Source of the DNA: an uncultured Chitinophagaceae bacterium
GTDB lineage: Bacteria; Bacteroidota; Ignavibacteria; Kapaibacteriales; UBA961
NCBI GenBank assembly: GCA_964527785.1
Contig: CAZGNO010000003.1
Coordinates: 7,974-71,973, forward strand
Length of the DNA: 64,000 nucleotides
Direction of reading: 5' to 3'
In this document: one piece after another, positions 17,704 through 27,952 of the stretch
How the letters are laid out: each line of letters begins with the position of its first letter
Numbering within the stretch: position 1 is the first letter of the stretch
Made by a program: the position numbers and the translations under genes
The notes under the pieces: model-generated
Databases searched by the model: none
What the model saw: only the letters and a program-made list of their open reading frames with translations
What the model was told of the DNA's origin: nothing

Positions 17704-17964
17704 TTAGAATACGGATTCGACCCTGCGGATTTCCTTCACGGCAGCAATCAGAAACCTTTCAATGCCTCCGCGCAGTGTCATCATAGACATCGGGCACGTT
17801 TTGCACGCACCGAGCAATCGAATCTCTGCAACTCTTGTTTCAGTTTCAAAACGCACAAATTCTACATCGCCTCCGTCTTCCTGTAAATACGGACGAATAT
17901 CTTGAAGAGCACCGATAATACGCTGCTCTATTGAATACGAATATTCTTCTGATATGTGTTCCAT
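17704..17964 (-). CDS. NifU/NfuA C-terminal domain Fe-S carrier
   Basis: IRPYLQEDGGDVE...LLGACKTCPMSMMTL. Confidence 0.92.
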   Translation of the reverse strand: MEHISEEYSYSIEQRIIGALQDIRPYLQEDGGDVEFVRFETETRVAEIRLLGACKTCPMSMMTLRGGIERFLIAAVKEIRRVESVF

Positions 17965-17976
17965 AGAAATTTTCGG

Positions 17977-19077
17977 TTAGAGTGAAATCTGAATGACCGG
18001 CTGTTCGCCTTTGCGTAAATTAGCTAAACGAACCTGACTGACTAATCGTGCAGTAATATCACGCAATAGCTCGCCCTGGGTGAATTCTTCGGGATTCAGA
18101 ACTACAGGCAAACCTTCATCGCCACCTTCACGTGTACCGAGTGTAATCGGCACTTCTCCCAAAAGCGGAACATCATTTTCATCTGCTACTGTTTTCCCGC
18201 CACCCTTGCCAAATATGTAATATTTGTTTTCGGGTAATTCAGGAGGTATGAAATAACTCATATTCTCAATAATTCCCAGTATCTCCACATTCACACGGCG
18301 GAACATCGAAATACTTCGACGCACATCCACCATTGATATTTCTTGTGGTGTGGTTATGATGACTGCACCTGTAAGCGGAACTCTCTGTGTGAGCGTAAGC
18401 TGAATGTCACCCGTACCGGGTGGTAAATCAAATATCAGAAAATCTAATTCTCCCCAATTGATTTGCTCTACCAGTGTGTTAAAGTATCCGGCTAGCATTG
18501 GCCCGCGCAAAATTGCAGCTTGGTCACGCTGCATTACAAATCCGATGGAGGCGACTTTCACGCCGTAGCGTTCGTTTGGCTGACCGATTATTCTGCCATC
18601 GGGAAGTTTTTCAGCTTCCAATTGTTCGCCTGCCATGTCGAACATCGTTGGTGCGCTTGGTCCATAAATATCGGCATCCAAAAGTCCGACCTTGGCACCC
18701 CTCATTGCTATTGCCGCTGCGATATTGGCTGCGATTGTTGACTTACCCACACCACCCTTACCCGAAGCAACAGCAATAAGGTTTTTTACTGTAGGGAGTA
18801 CACTTTTCGACCCTGTACGGTGTGTTTCTTTCTCGCTAACCATTACAGTCGGCTGAAGCTCAGGGGCAATAGCCAGTACCGCCTCGCGACAGGCACGGTC
18901 AATCGAAGCAGCTATCCAATGAAGGGGAGGGACAAGCTGCAATAATATCTCGACGATACCGTCCTTTATTGTAACAGAGTGTACAGCATTCAGTTCATCC
19001 AATGTTTTGTTGAAATCACTATCAATCACCGCACCAATGGCGATTTTGATTTGATTTTCATAATTTTCCGCATTCAT
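17977..19077 (-). CDS. mrp: Mrp/ApbC/NBP35 Fe-S cluster carrier ATPase
   Basis: ASGKGGVGKST, DADIYGPS, DLPPGTGD, TTPQ, GIIENMSYF. Confidence 0.93.
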   Translation of the reverse strand: MNAENYENQIKIAIGAVIDSDFNKTLDELNAVHSVTIKDGIVEILLQLVPPLHWIAASIDRACREAVLAIAPELQPTVMVSEKETHRTGSKSVLPTVKNLIAVASGKGGVGKSTIAANIAAAIAMRGAKVGLLDADIYGPSAPTMFDMAGEQLEAEKLPDGRIIGQPNERYGVKVASIGFVMQRDQAAILRGPMLAGYFNTLVEQINWGELDFLIFDLPPGTGDIQLTLTQRVPLTGAVIITTPQEISMVDVRRSISMFRRVNVEILGIIENMSYFIPPELPENKYYIFGKGGGKTVADENDVPLLGEVPITLGTREGGDEGLPVVLNPEEFTQGELLRDITARLVSQVRLANLRKGEQPVIQISL

Positions 19078-19284
19078 AATTTTCTAGTTTGAGTTACTTT
19101 ATTTGTTAAAATTGTGGCTTTCTAGGTACGAAATTACCAAAACTTAGCCACTTTTTACCGTTTTCTTCCAATTTTTACAAAAAACCTTTGTCCAAATTGT
19201 AACCAAATCGTAGATTTGTTAGTCTATGTAATTAATGTTGATTTTAATATTTATCCAATCCATTTTACTTTAGGAGTAATCAAA

Positions 19285-20574
19285 ATGAAAAAGTTTACAG
19301 TTTTTCTCGCTCTTCTTGCCGCTATTGTATCCGTTGGAACGGCGCAAGTAAAGAAAAGAGTGAGTATGTCTACGATTCCAAGTGCTCGTACCGGCATTGA
19401 GGCAAGTGTACAAAGTCTTAGCACGGCAGCTCTATCAACCAGTCTTCCTGTTGTAAATAAACTTACCTATGGTGTTGGAGTCCCTGTTATGCCGGACTAT
19501 ATGGTAGCAGAAACTCAGTATGTTGTTTTTGATGCTCCTCGTGATACTTCAGATTCAGGGTTTGCACTTACGAGTCGTGTTGATCCTCAAAGTCGTGTTA
19601 CTACAGGTCTTTATGATATTCCAACGGTTGTGAATTTCTCGGATGCAAACAACAATATAACCCCAAATGCAATTTTCGGTTATGCTCAATTTTTTCCTCC
19701 TTTCGGAACATCAGGTTCGTTAACAATTGATACGGTTGTATTCCAACTGTTTCAATATTCACGTGACAACCAGCATATTACTCCTATTAAAAGGGACGTA
19801 TTGCTTATCCCATATGGTATAAAAGCAAATCTTCAAACAAGAACTCCTGGTGCAGAATTTTCTCTTGATGATCCGGGATTACGTCAATTAGGTGACGAAA
19901 TTGAAATTTCTGCAGCAACTATAAATAGTGCCTTGGATTTAACTACTACTCCTGCTACAATAAACAACATCGTTCTTAGAGTACCGGATTGGAAAGTAGA
20001 AGCAGGTGAAACTTTTGGATTTGTATTATACTCACAAGGTCCAACCGATACAATGCGTCTTTTCGGGACATATATGTGGGGATTAAAGGACAGTACACAA
20101 ACTCTTGGCTATGTATTGCGTCGTACTCCTGCCGGTGATGAATTTGCATTAAAACAAGCTGGGATTGGCTTCTTTAATCCGTCAGCTGAATTTGCTACTG
20201 CATTCCCTTCTTTGGTTAATCGCGGTTTGCGCATAAACTACTTCTTTGTGGTTGGCGGCATTCTCGAAACTACTGGTACTGGTGCAGTCGAAACCCTCAC
20301 AAACGATGCTAAGAACTTCTCGCTTGAACAAGTAGCTCCTAATCCTGTTGTAAATGCGACAAAGATTCAGTTCTCATTGCAAGAACCTTCTACAGTTTCC
20401 CTCCGTGTCGTTAATTCACTCGGTCAGGTTGTACAAGAACTTGCAAGCGGTGCTATGACAACCGGTACATATGCTGCTGATTTTGATGCAACAAATCTTC
20501 CTGCCGGAATGTACTACTATACATTGACAGCAGGTACTCATTCGCTCACACGCTCGATGGTTGTTGTAAAATAA
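19285..20574 (+). CDS. Secreted protein with T9SS type A sorting domain
   Basis: AGGAG then MKKFTVFLALLAAIVSVGTAQ signal; C-terminal APNPV...VVNSLGQ...LPAGMYYY...MVVVK. Confidence 0.85.
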   Translation: MKKFTVFLALLAAIVSVGTAQVKKRVSMSTIPSARTGIEASVQSLSTAALSTSLPVVNKLTYGVGVPVMPDYMVAETQYVVFDAPRDTSDSGFALTSRVDPQSRVTTGLYDIPTVVNFSDANNNITPNAIFGYAQFFPPFGTSGSLTIDTVVFQLFQYSRDNQHITPIKRDVLLIPYGIKANLQTRTPGAEFSLDDPGLRQLGDEIEISAATINSALDLTTTPATINNIVLRVPDWKVEAGETFGFVLYSQGPTDTMRLFGTYMWGLKDSTQTLGYVLRRTPAGDEFALKQAGIGFFNPSAEFATAFPSLVNRGLRINYFFVVGGILETTGTGAVETLTNDAKNFSLEQVAPNPVVNATKIQFSLQEPSTVSLRVVNSLGQVVQELASGAMTTGTYAADFDATNLPAGMYYYTLTAGTHSLTRSMVVVK

Positions 20575-20601
20575 TTCATTTGGTAGGCGGCTATTATTTT
20601 C

Positions 20602-20637
20602 AGGGCGTTCCCGCTTCAAGCGAGTTCGCCCTTTTTT
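20602..20637 (+). terminator. Rho-independent terminator-like hairpin
   Basis: AGGGCG...CGCCCT followed by a T run. Confidence 0.55.
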
Positions 20638-20659
20638 AATCCAAACAAAAGGAGAATCC

Positions 20660-22021
20660 ATGAAATTCCGAATACTATTTGTACTGCTTGTTCTACTGGT
20701 AAGCACCGCCTCGGCACAAAATAAATGGCGGCGTTTGATTGATGCTCCTACCTTTGGTTTTGCTGCAAATCCGCATAACCCGCGAACTCTCATAGTAGGA
20801 GGATTCGGACGCACGATGTACCGTTCTGAGGATGCAGGAATGACATGGAGGATTGATTCTATTGATTTTAGGAGTGGAACTTCTCGGCTCTCTAATGTTC
20901 TGATACACAGACAGGATACAAATGTGGTGCTTGCGGGAGGGATTTTTGGAAGTATAGTTCGCAGCACAGACGGTGGAATCTTGTGGGAAACTGTATTTGA
21001 TCCCGAAAAGCCGACACGCTTTCAGATGTCCGGTGAGGCACTGCTGAGCCACCCAACGAACCCGAATATCATGTTTACTGCAGATAATATATCTAATCGA
21101 ATTTTTGAAAGTTATGACTCAGGTCTTACGTGGGATACTATTGCTAGATTGAATCTTTCCGGTCAGCAGCTTTGCGCCATAGCCATCCGACCCGACAGTG
21201 CGAACATAATGCTTGCCGGGGCAACATCGGGATTAATTTTAAAATCGGTTGATACAGGTCGTACTTGGCGGCAAACAGCGAAGCTAAGAGGATTTAGTGA
21301 TACAGAAGTCCCACGTTTTGTATTCAGTCCCAACAACCCATTAATCGGATATACAATTGTTGCTTATTTCTTCTATAAAAACCGACCTAACGGTGGTGTG
21401 TTTAAAACCATTGATGGCGGTGAAACATGGAATCCCATAGGATTTCAAGACACAAGTTTTTGGTCAGTAGAGGTGAGCCGTTTTCCTGGGAAAGAGGAAG
21501 TATATGTCGGCGGCTTTACTGATGACCTTGCCGATAGTATTCAGCACACAATATACGGACCGGGTATGGTGAGGCATTCACCGGATGGCGGGGAATCGTG
21601 GACAGCAATTGATGATAATATTCAGTGGCTTCCACCTACTCAGATAGATTTAGCAATGAAAAATGTATGGATGATAAAACTTGTAGGCAATTCACGAGAA
21701 ACTGAAAAACTCTATATGGCTACCGATGCAGGTTTCTTTATTTGGGATAATTCAATCGGTGTTGTCGAATCAGAGCCGCAAGTAAATACTCCAAGTATGT
21801 ATGTAAAAGGAGGACGGTTAGTAGTAAAAGCTAATGAAGCTATTTCATCAGTAAATATATTTTCTATTCAGGGTAAGAGGGTTTTTTCATCTTCTGCGCC
21901 TGTTTCACAGTCACAAGGTGAGATTATATACAATCTCCCCGAAACTATGTCATCAGGTGTGTATTACTGTATGATTATCACTTCGCAGAGGATTATTAAT
22001 CGAGCAATTTTGGTGGAATAA
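20660..22021 (+). CDS. BNR/Asp-box beta-propeller protein with T9SS sorting domain
   Basis: Signal peptide; repeated S/T-x-D-x-G-x-T/S-W boxes (RSEDAGMTW, STDGGILW, SYDSGLTW, SVDTGRTW, TIDGGETW); C-terminal FSIQGK...SGVYY. Confidence 0.85.
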   Translation: MKFRILFVLLVLLVSTASAQNKWRRLIDAPTFGFAANPHNPRTLIVGGFGRTMYRSEDAGMTWRIDSIDFRSGTSRLSNVLIHRQDTNVVLAGGIFGSIVRSTDGGILWETVFDPEKPTRFQMSGEALLSHPTNPNIMFTADNISNRIFESYDSGLTWDTIARLNLSGQQLCAIAIRPDSANIMLAGATSGLILKSVDTGRTWRQTAKLRGFSDTEVPRFVFSPNNPLIGYTIVAYFFYKNRPNGGVFKTIDGGETWNPIGFQDTSFWSVEVSRFPGKEEVYVGGFTDDLADSIQHTIYGPGMVRHSPDGGESWTAIDDNIQWLPPTQIDLAMKNVWMIKLVGNSRETEKLYMATDAGFFIWDNSIGVVESEPQVNTPSMYVKGGRLVVKANEAISSVNIFSIQGKRVFSSSAPVSQSQGEIIYNLPETMSSGVYYCMIITSQRIINRAILVE

Positions 22022-22109
22022 ATGGATGGTCTAAGAGCGTGTGTGATTGTTGACTTGTTACTATTTCATTAAGAGTTATGCCTTTTAACGAAGAAACTCT
22101 GTAAAGCAC

Positions 22110-22163
22110 GCCATCCCGAACGGTTGATAAACAATGAAGATTCTTCATTCAGGTTTGAATGAC
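22110..22163. repeat. Degenerate remnant of the GTCATTC...GAATGAC palindromic family
   Basis: GCCATCCCGAAC...AGATTCTTCATTCAGGTTTGAATGAC. Confidence 0.35.
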
Positions 22164-22268
22164 AAATATATGAATGTAACTGTTTGTTCTGTCCATTGTC
22201 ATACAATACATTTTTAGCATCAAGCCAAATTTATTAAAATTCAGTTCGGTAATTTCAGAGAAAAACCG

Positions 22269-22276
22269 TATTTTTG
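22269..22276 (+). promoter_or_regulatory. Bacteroidota-type -7 promoter box (TAnnTTTG) for ffh
   Basis: TATTTTTG 36 bp upstream of the ffh ATG; the same box precedes tRNA-Val, mlaE, hup and the atp operon. Confidence 0.55.
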
Positions 22277-22311
22277 TGTTTTCGTAATCTGCAACCCCTA
22301 AGAAATCAGCA

Positions 22312-23649
22312 ATGTTTGAGAATTTACAATCAAAATTAGAATTTGCTCTCAAGAAGATTCGCGGACAAGCCAAAATCAGCGAAGAGAATATCCAGGAAGC
22401 ACTTGGCGAGGTTCGCCGTGCACTTTTGGAGGCAGATGTTAATTTCACCGTGGCAAAAAACTTCATAGATGAAGTTACACAAAAAGCACTTGGTGTAGAA
22501 GTAAAAGGAAATTTGCAGCCGGGGCAAGTCATCATTAAATTGATTTATGATGAACTTGTTTCGTTAATGGGCAGCAATAAAAGCGATTTGATACTGGCGC
22601 ATGGAGGGCCTACCGTCGTTATGGTTGCCGGATTGCAAGGTTCAGGTAAGACTACGTTCTGCGGTAAATTAGCTTCAAATTTGAAGAAAAAAGGGAAGCA
22701 ACCCCTTTTAGTTGCCTGTGATATTTATCGTCCTGCAGCGGTTGCACAGCTTAAGATGCTTGCACAGTCTCTCAATATACCGGTCTATGCCGCAGAAGGA
22801 AAGAACCCTGTTGAAATTGCAACCGATGCTCTTATTTACGCAAAGAAATATGCTCGTGATATCGTCATCATAGATACAGCCGGGCGTCTTACGATAGACG
22901 AGGACATGATGCAAGAGGTTCAGAATATTCGTGACCAAACCAAGCCGAATGAAATTCTCTTTGTGTGTGATTCAATGACCGGGCAAGATGCCGTTAACAC
23001 AGCAAAAGCATTTCACGAACGCTTGAGCTTAACCGGTGTTGTCCTCACAAAATTAGACGGCGATACACGCGGAGGTGCTGCTCTTTCCATCCGCAAAGTA
23101 GTTGGTCAGCCGATTAAATACGTAGGTACAGGAGAGAAGCTAGATGCTCTCGAACCATTCTACCCGGAAAGAATTGCGTCGCGTATTTTAGGAATGGGTG
23201 ATGTTGTGTCACTCGTTGAAAAAGTACAATCTCAATTTGACGAAGAAGAATCTGCAAAACTGGAAGCAAAACTTCGCAAAAATGAATTTAATTTGCAGGA
23301 TTTCTTGGATCAACTGCGCATGATTAAAAAGATGGGTTCGTTGCGTGATTTGCTCGGAATGCTTCCGGGGATGGACAAAGCAATGAAAAACGTTGAGGTG
23401 GACGACAAGGCATATGGCAAAGTGGAAGCAATTATCCTTTCGATGACCAAACACGAACGCACTAATCCAAAAGTACTGAACGGATCACGCAGACGCAGAA
23501 TTGCTCTCGGCAGCGGCACAACCGTGATGGAAGTGAATCGCCTGCTCAAGCAATTTGAAGATATGCAGAAAATGATGAAAACTCTCTCTAAAGGAAATTC
23601 GTCGCAACAAATGCGGAATTTCAAAATGCCCACCGGCTTCAAACACTGA
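22312..23649 (+). CDS. ffh: Signal recognition particle protein
   Basis: ALLEADV, GLQGSGKTT, DIYRPAA, DTAGRL, TKLDGDTRGGAAL, Met-rich M domain, SRRRRIALGSG. Confidence 0.98.
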   Translation: MFENLQSKLEFALKKIRGQAKISEENIQEALGEVRRALLEADVNFTVAKNFIDEVTQKALGVEVKGNLQPGQVIIKLIYDELVSLMGSNKSDLILAHGGPTVVMVAGLQGSGKTTFCGKLASNLKKKGKQPLLVACDIYRPAAVAQLKMLAQSLNIPVYAAEGKNPVEIATDALIYAKKYARDIVIIDTAGRLTIDEDMMQEVQNIRDQTKPNEILFVCDSMTGQDAVNTAKAFHERLSLTGVVLTKLDGDTRGGAALSIRKVVGQPIKYVGTGEKLDALEPFYPERIASRILGMGDVVSLVEKVQSQFDEEESAKLEAKLRKNEFNLQDFLDQLRMIKKMGSLRDLLGMLPGMDKAMKNVEVDDKAYGKVEAIILSMTKHERTNPKVLNGSRRRRIALGSGTTVMEVNRLLKQFEDMQKMMKTLSKGNSSQQMRNFKMPTGFKH

Positions 23650-23690
23650 AGTACCGGATTTTTCTATAACTAACCGGAGTATGGTATCTC

Positions 23691-24086
23691 ATGGTAAAAT
23701 TACGCTTGCGCCGCAAAGGTCGCAAAAAATCGCCTTCTTATGATATTGTTGCAGTTGACAGCCGCGAAAAACGCGATTCTGCATTCATCGAACGTCTCGG
23801 ATATTACAACCCGATGACAGCTCCTTCTACCGTTTCCATCAATGCAGAACGTGCGATTTATTGGCTCAATGTTGGCGCGCAACCCACTGATGTTGTCCGT
23901 GCATTTCTAAGTTATGAAGGTGTAATGCTTCATCGCCATATGCAATTCAAAGGCAAAACTGCCGAAGAAATAGCTGAAGCAGTTGCAAAACATAAAGAAA
24001 CAGCCGCTCGTCGCTATGTACGCACTAAATTGAAAAACGCTCGTAAAAAAGAAGCAGCTGCGAAAGCCGAAGCTAAGGGCGAATAA
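23691..24086 (+). CDS. rpsP: 30S ribosomal protein S16
   Basis: MVKLRLRRKGRKKSPSYDIVAVDSR...IERLGYYNP...GAQPTD. Confidence 0.97.
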   Translation: MVKLRLRRKGRKKSPSYDIVAVDSREKRDSAFIERLGYYNPMTAPSTVSINAERAIYWLNVGAQPTDVVRAFLSYEGVMLHRHMQFKGKTAEEIAEAVAKHKETAARRYVRTKLKNARKKEAAAKAEAKGE

Positions 24087-24218
24087 TATGTATTTCTAGT
24101 GAAAAACTTTTAAAAAGTATTTCTTTTGAAATAAACAACCATGAAAGGCAAGCAGTGTATTTCGGCTTGCCTTTCTTATTATATATATCATTACCGTACA
24201 TTATTTCTTATCGAAAAA

Positions 24219-24680
24219 ATGAGTGTACCCTCAATTCAACCGGAACTTGCAGTACTGTTCGAGCCGCAAAGAAAGTTGCTTCGCAAAGTATTGATGTCAT
24301 TTTTTTCGATTGCCGGGTTATCGTGGTTTCTGCTCCTATTGCCTAATTCTACAATAGACCAAGCTAAACACGATATATTCAAAGCAAACCAATATCAATT
24401 GTACCTGTTACTATTGACACTTTGGGGATACGATTTCCGCCGTCAAGCCAAACGGTTGGAGTGGCTTATAGATTTCTCTGCATCTCAAGGGGTATCCATT
24501 AGTAACGCAAGTAAGGAGGATATTATCTCTGCCGGTAAATTATCTTTGTTTGAAGTTTTTACGAAATACAAAGGTTCGTCGGCACAGTATTTTCATATCA
24601 TATTTACATGGTTCTTACTTGTTGTTTCAGCCGTTCAGTTCATCAGGCAAATGATTTTACTGTTCGAAAATCAGGGCTAA
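24219..24680 (+). CDS. Hypothetical membrane protein
   Basis: Three hydrophobic segments; likely ATG at 24219 (track start 24141). Confidence 0.55.
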   Translation: MSVPSIQPELAVLFEPQRKLLRKVLMSFFSIAGLSWFLLLLPNSTIDQAKHDIFKANQYQLYLLLLTLWGYDFRRQAKRLEWLIDFSASQGVSISNASKEDIISAGKLSLFEVFTKYKGSSAQYFHIIFTWFLLVVSAVQFIRQMILLFENQG

Positions 24681-24771
24681 GAAAAATATTTGGCATTGCT
24701 AATTTATTATAACACAAGTATGTTTACGTAGTTTTTTCGTGTTCGTTGACCAAATTTGGCAAGTAATTGAA

Positions 24772-24848
24772 CCCTTCCGGGCGGGCTCAGGATGGCGTAA
24801 CTTCATTAAAAAAGAAACAAATATGTCATGCTGAGCCCGTCGAAGCAT
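24772..24848. repeat. REP-like inverted repeat pair (CTTCGA..GGCTCAGGATG / GTCATGCTGAGCC..TCGAAG type)
   Basis: Arms CTTCCGGGCGGGCTCAGGATGGC and GTCATGCTGAGCCCGTCGAAG are near reverse complements; GC-rich in an AT-rich spacer. Confidence 0.65.
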
Positions 24849-25105
24849 CGTACACTTACCTATTTTTATATACTTATCTATAAAGCTATACTTAAATAGC
24901 AATGCCAGATATTTTAGTAACAGCTGTAACAAATGTGAAATTGTAGGGTTTCTGTCGTCATAATGCCAAGCTCCCATAAAATGAGCATGATAACAGTTTC
25001 GGCATTCTTTTTCTAAAAGGATTAAACCTTTATAATTATTCAGGAGCTCAAATGTTGAAAATTTCCTTACAATTTTATTTCTTACATTTCTTATAGGATA
25101 CATTT

Positions 25106-25807
25106 ATGAAAAAGCAATTGGCAAAATTCTTCTTGCCTATACTTGGTTTGGGGGCTATTGTTGCTCTCATTACAGTGGTAGGTTGCTCTGATGCAAACTC
25201 TCCTACGACCTCTTACAATGACACTCCTGACGCTCTCGTAGCGCAGAATTATTCTACATCTGCAGATTTTATATCTTCTTTTGGAGAAACTGCGGATTTT
25301 TCTGCACTCGAAGGCAATCCTACCGGCAATGTCAAAGATGGTGCCGGCAGAGACCGCAATCTACGTCTCATTATCCGTTGTCTCGAATTGAATAAAGATC
25401 AAATGAGAAAATTCAACGAAATAATGACAGCATTTGAAGATTGTAATAAAGCAGCCAGAGAAGCATACCGTGCAGCCGAAAAATCAATCCGCGAAAGAAC
25501 AAAAGCTGCCGAAAGAGAAATCAAAGCTCAAGTTGAAGCAGGTACACTTACCAGAGACGAAGCTCGTGCAAAAATGAAAGAAATTATTACTGCTGCCCGC
25601 GCAGCCCTTCAAGCAGCTAAGGAAGAATATGCAAAAGCGATAAGAGCATGCAAAGAAACACTTTTTGCTGCATTTGAAGAAATCCTCAGTTCTAATCCCG
25701 CTACCGGTGTAAGACAGATGGAAATCTGGAAACAATGGTTAGAAACAGGTAAAGTACCATGCAAAGATGCTAAGGGACGCGAACCACGTGATTCTGTAAA
25801 AAGATAA
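25106..25807 (+). CDS. Hypothetical helical lipoprotein (Spy/CpxP-like coiled coil)
   Basis: Lipobox VVGC; LELNKDQ motif and A/E/K/R-rich helices. Confidence 0.7.
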   Translation: MKKQLAKFFLPILGLGAIVALITVVGCSDANSPTTSYNDTPDALVAQNYSTSADFISSFGETADFSALEGNPTGNVKDGAGRDRNLRLIIRCLELNKDQMRKFNEIMTAFEDCNKAAREAYRAAEKSIRERTKAAEREIKAQVEAGTLTRDEARAKMKEIITAARAALQAAKEEYAKAIRACKETLFAAFEEILSSNPATGVRQMEIWKQWLETGKVPCKDAKGREPRDSVKR

Positions 25808-25841
25808 TCAAATTCCGGTTCTGAATATAAATATTCTTTAC

Positions 25842-25882
25842 AAAAGAACCTCTGTCCTGTATGGGCAGAGGTTCTTTTTTTT
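25842..25882 (+). terminator. Rho-independent terminator
   Basis: AAAAGAACCTCTGTCC-TGTAT-GGGCAGAGGTTCTTTTTTTT. Confidence 0.85.
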
Positions 25883-25981
25883 ATAGGTATCACGACTAAA
25901 TATCATGTGATCCTTTGTCAGCCGTCGCTAAGGTCGTAATTTTGTAGAAAATTTTGTCGGCGGTCCAACTAATACTTTAGT

Positions 25982-26761
25982 ATGCTTACTTTTATTGCTC
26001 GTATCGGCAGAGACACCATTCACTTCTTTGCAGAATTCGGTCAGATTATCATTCTATTGAGAAATGTGATTCGATATCTGCCCAGAATCTTCAAAGATCG
26101 CCATTTGGTTCTGGAGGAAATGTCAATCGTAGGGTCGGATTCTTTGCCGCTTGTTATTCTTATCGGTGCATTTACGGGTGCTATAGCTGCGCTCCAGGCA
26201 ACTAATTTATTTGCGAAGTTCAATCTTGTAGGAATTGCCCGCCCATTTATAGGCGGCTCGATTGCGACCGTTGTTTTTACTGAGCTTACGCCTGTTCTGA
26301 CGGCACTTGTTATTGCAGGGCGGGTAGGAGGTGCAATTGCAGCACAACTGGGCACTATGAAGGTTTCTGAGCAGATTGACGCACTAGAAATGATGGCAAT
26401 TGACAAAGACCGTTATCTGGCTATGCCACGTGTACTTGCCGCCCTGACGATGATGCCTGTACTGGCAGTGTTTTCTAACTCTGTTGCGTTAATCGGTGCT
26501 TTTTTCCTTACTACACTTAAATTCGGTTTTACTGCAGAAATATTTTTTGATTCAGTGCAACGGTTTTTTACAATTCATGAAATTTTTGTGTGCATGACCA
26601 AATCTTTTGTTTTTGGTGGCATTACTGCTCTTATCGGTTGCCATGTTGGTTTTGCTACCGAAGGCGGTGCAGAGGGTGTGGGTAACAGTACCGTTCGTGC
26701 GTTTACACTTTCAGCCGCCTCTATCCTTATTTTTGATGCAATTTTCGGGTATTTACTCTAA
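25982..26761 (+). CDS. mlaE: MlaE-family ABC transporter permease
   Basis: ELTPVLTALVIAGRVGGAIAAQLGTMKVSEQIDALEMM...GGAEGVG. Confidence 0.92.
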   Translation: MLTFIARIGRDTIHFFAEFGQIIILLRNVIRYLPRIFKDRHLVLEEMSIVGSDSLPLVILIGAFTGAIAALQATNLFAKFNLVGIARPFIGGSIATVVFTELTPVLTALVIAGRVGGAIAAQLGTMKVSEQIDALEMMAIDKDRYLAMPRVLAALTMMPVLAVFSNSVALIGAFFLTTLKFGFTAEIFFDSVQRFFTIHEIFVCMTKSFVFGGITALIGCHVGFATEGGAEGVGNSTVRAFTLSAASILIFDAIFGYLL

Positions 26762-26804
26762 AATTTCTTTTTTGTTGTTATTGTCTGACTTCTAACGGTT
26801 ATCT

Positions 26805-27896
26805 ATGTTCTTCGACGCCTTTCGTATCAGTTTGAAAAATCATCTTTTGGAATTTTCCCTCTCCATTGCTGTTTTCATTTTCGCTACTACTTTTACTTCT
26901 GCGCAAATTACAGGATTATCACCCGTTGACACGTGTGATGCAGTTCATCTATATGAAGCGGGTTATTCCGAACCGGTAATTGACAGTTCTGTGGTAAACA
27001 GCAAGAGTACAACTGATACAGTATCAGCGACAAGTCTTGATGATGTACCTCCGGTAGCCGACAGCAGTATTATTCCCCGATCAATAACAAAAGATTCACC
27101 GCACACTCTCGGCGTTTTCGATATGTTTACCAATCTTCCCGGTGATTGGTATCGTTGGTCGAAGAAAGCATTCACCACCGACAATATTCCGCTTATTGCT
27201 GCTCTCGGAGTAATGACAGCCGGAATGGTCGTTACCGATTACGAATTATGGCAACCCGCAAAAAAAAGCTATGAGAGGTCTCAAACTGTAAGAGATATAA
27301 GCGATGCATTCGTAGGTGTGGGCGACGGTAAATTTCAGTTTGGGCTGGCTATAGGGTTCGGATTGTATGGAGTGATTTTCAGCGATTCTAAGGCACTGAG
27401 AACAGCAAGCCAAGTAACGGAGGTAATACTGGCGTGCGGTGGTGTGGTACAGCTTTTAAAACACCTTACAGGACGTGAAAGCCCGGTAGTTGCAACAACC
27501 AGAACTGGGGCATGGGCATTACTTCCTAATCAGATTGAATATCACAAGCACGTTCCGCATTATGATGCTTTCCCGTCAGGGCATATTGCTACTGCTATGG
27601 CAACTATGATTGTAATTTCAGAGAATTATCCCGAGCAAAAATGGATACGGTATATCGGCTATCCTGCGGTAGCATTGGTAGGGGTGGGGCTGACCACCAC
27701 CAGTATTCATTGGGTTAGTGATTTTCCGCTTGGGATTGCGTTGGGGTATAGCTTTGGTATGCTAATCGCGCATCAATTTGATACTCCACAAGAGTCGACT
27801 GCTTCAAGCAGCACTTCGAGCATTCTAACACCTACGGCGGGATTGACTATGATGGCGAATGGTGCTCCCGCTTTGCAATTGTCTTGGCAGTGGTAG
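26805..27896 (+). CDS. PAP2-family phosphatase
   Basis: KHLTGRESP, FPSGH and HWVSD motifs. Confidence 0.82.
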   Translation: MFFDAFRISLKNHLLEFSLSIAVFIFATTFTSAQITGLSPVDTCDAVHLYEAGYSEPVIDSSVVNSKSTTDTVSATSLDDVPPVADSSIIPRSITKDSPHTLGVFDMFTNLPGDWYRWSKKAFTTDNIPLIAALGVMTAGMVVTDYELWQPAKKSYERSQTVRDISDAFVGVGDGKFQFGLAIGFGLYGVIFSDSKALRTASQVTEVILACGGVVQLLKHLTGRESPVVATTRTGAWALLPNQIEYHKHVPHYDAFPSGHIATAMATMIVISENYPEQKWIRYIGYPAVALVGVGLTTTSIHWVSDFPLGIALGYSFGMLIAHQFDTPQESTASSSTSSILTPTAGLTMMANGAPALQLSWQW

Positions 27897-27952
27897 GAAA
27901 TACTTCAATAACTTGAAAGATTTATGTTACATTTACAGCTTAAATGTATTCC

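Noticed and set aside
24699-25103. 134-aa minus-strand ORF
   Set aside because: It spans an AT-rich promoter region and a REP-like repeat; no recognisable protein features.
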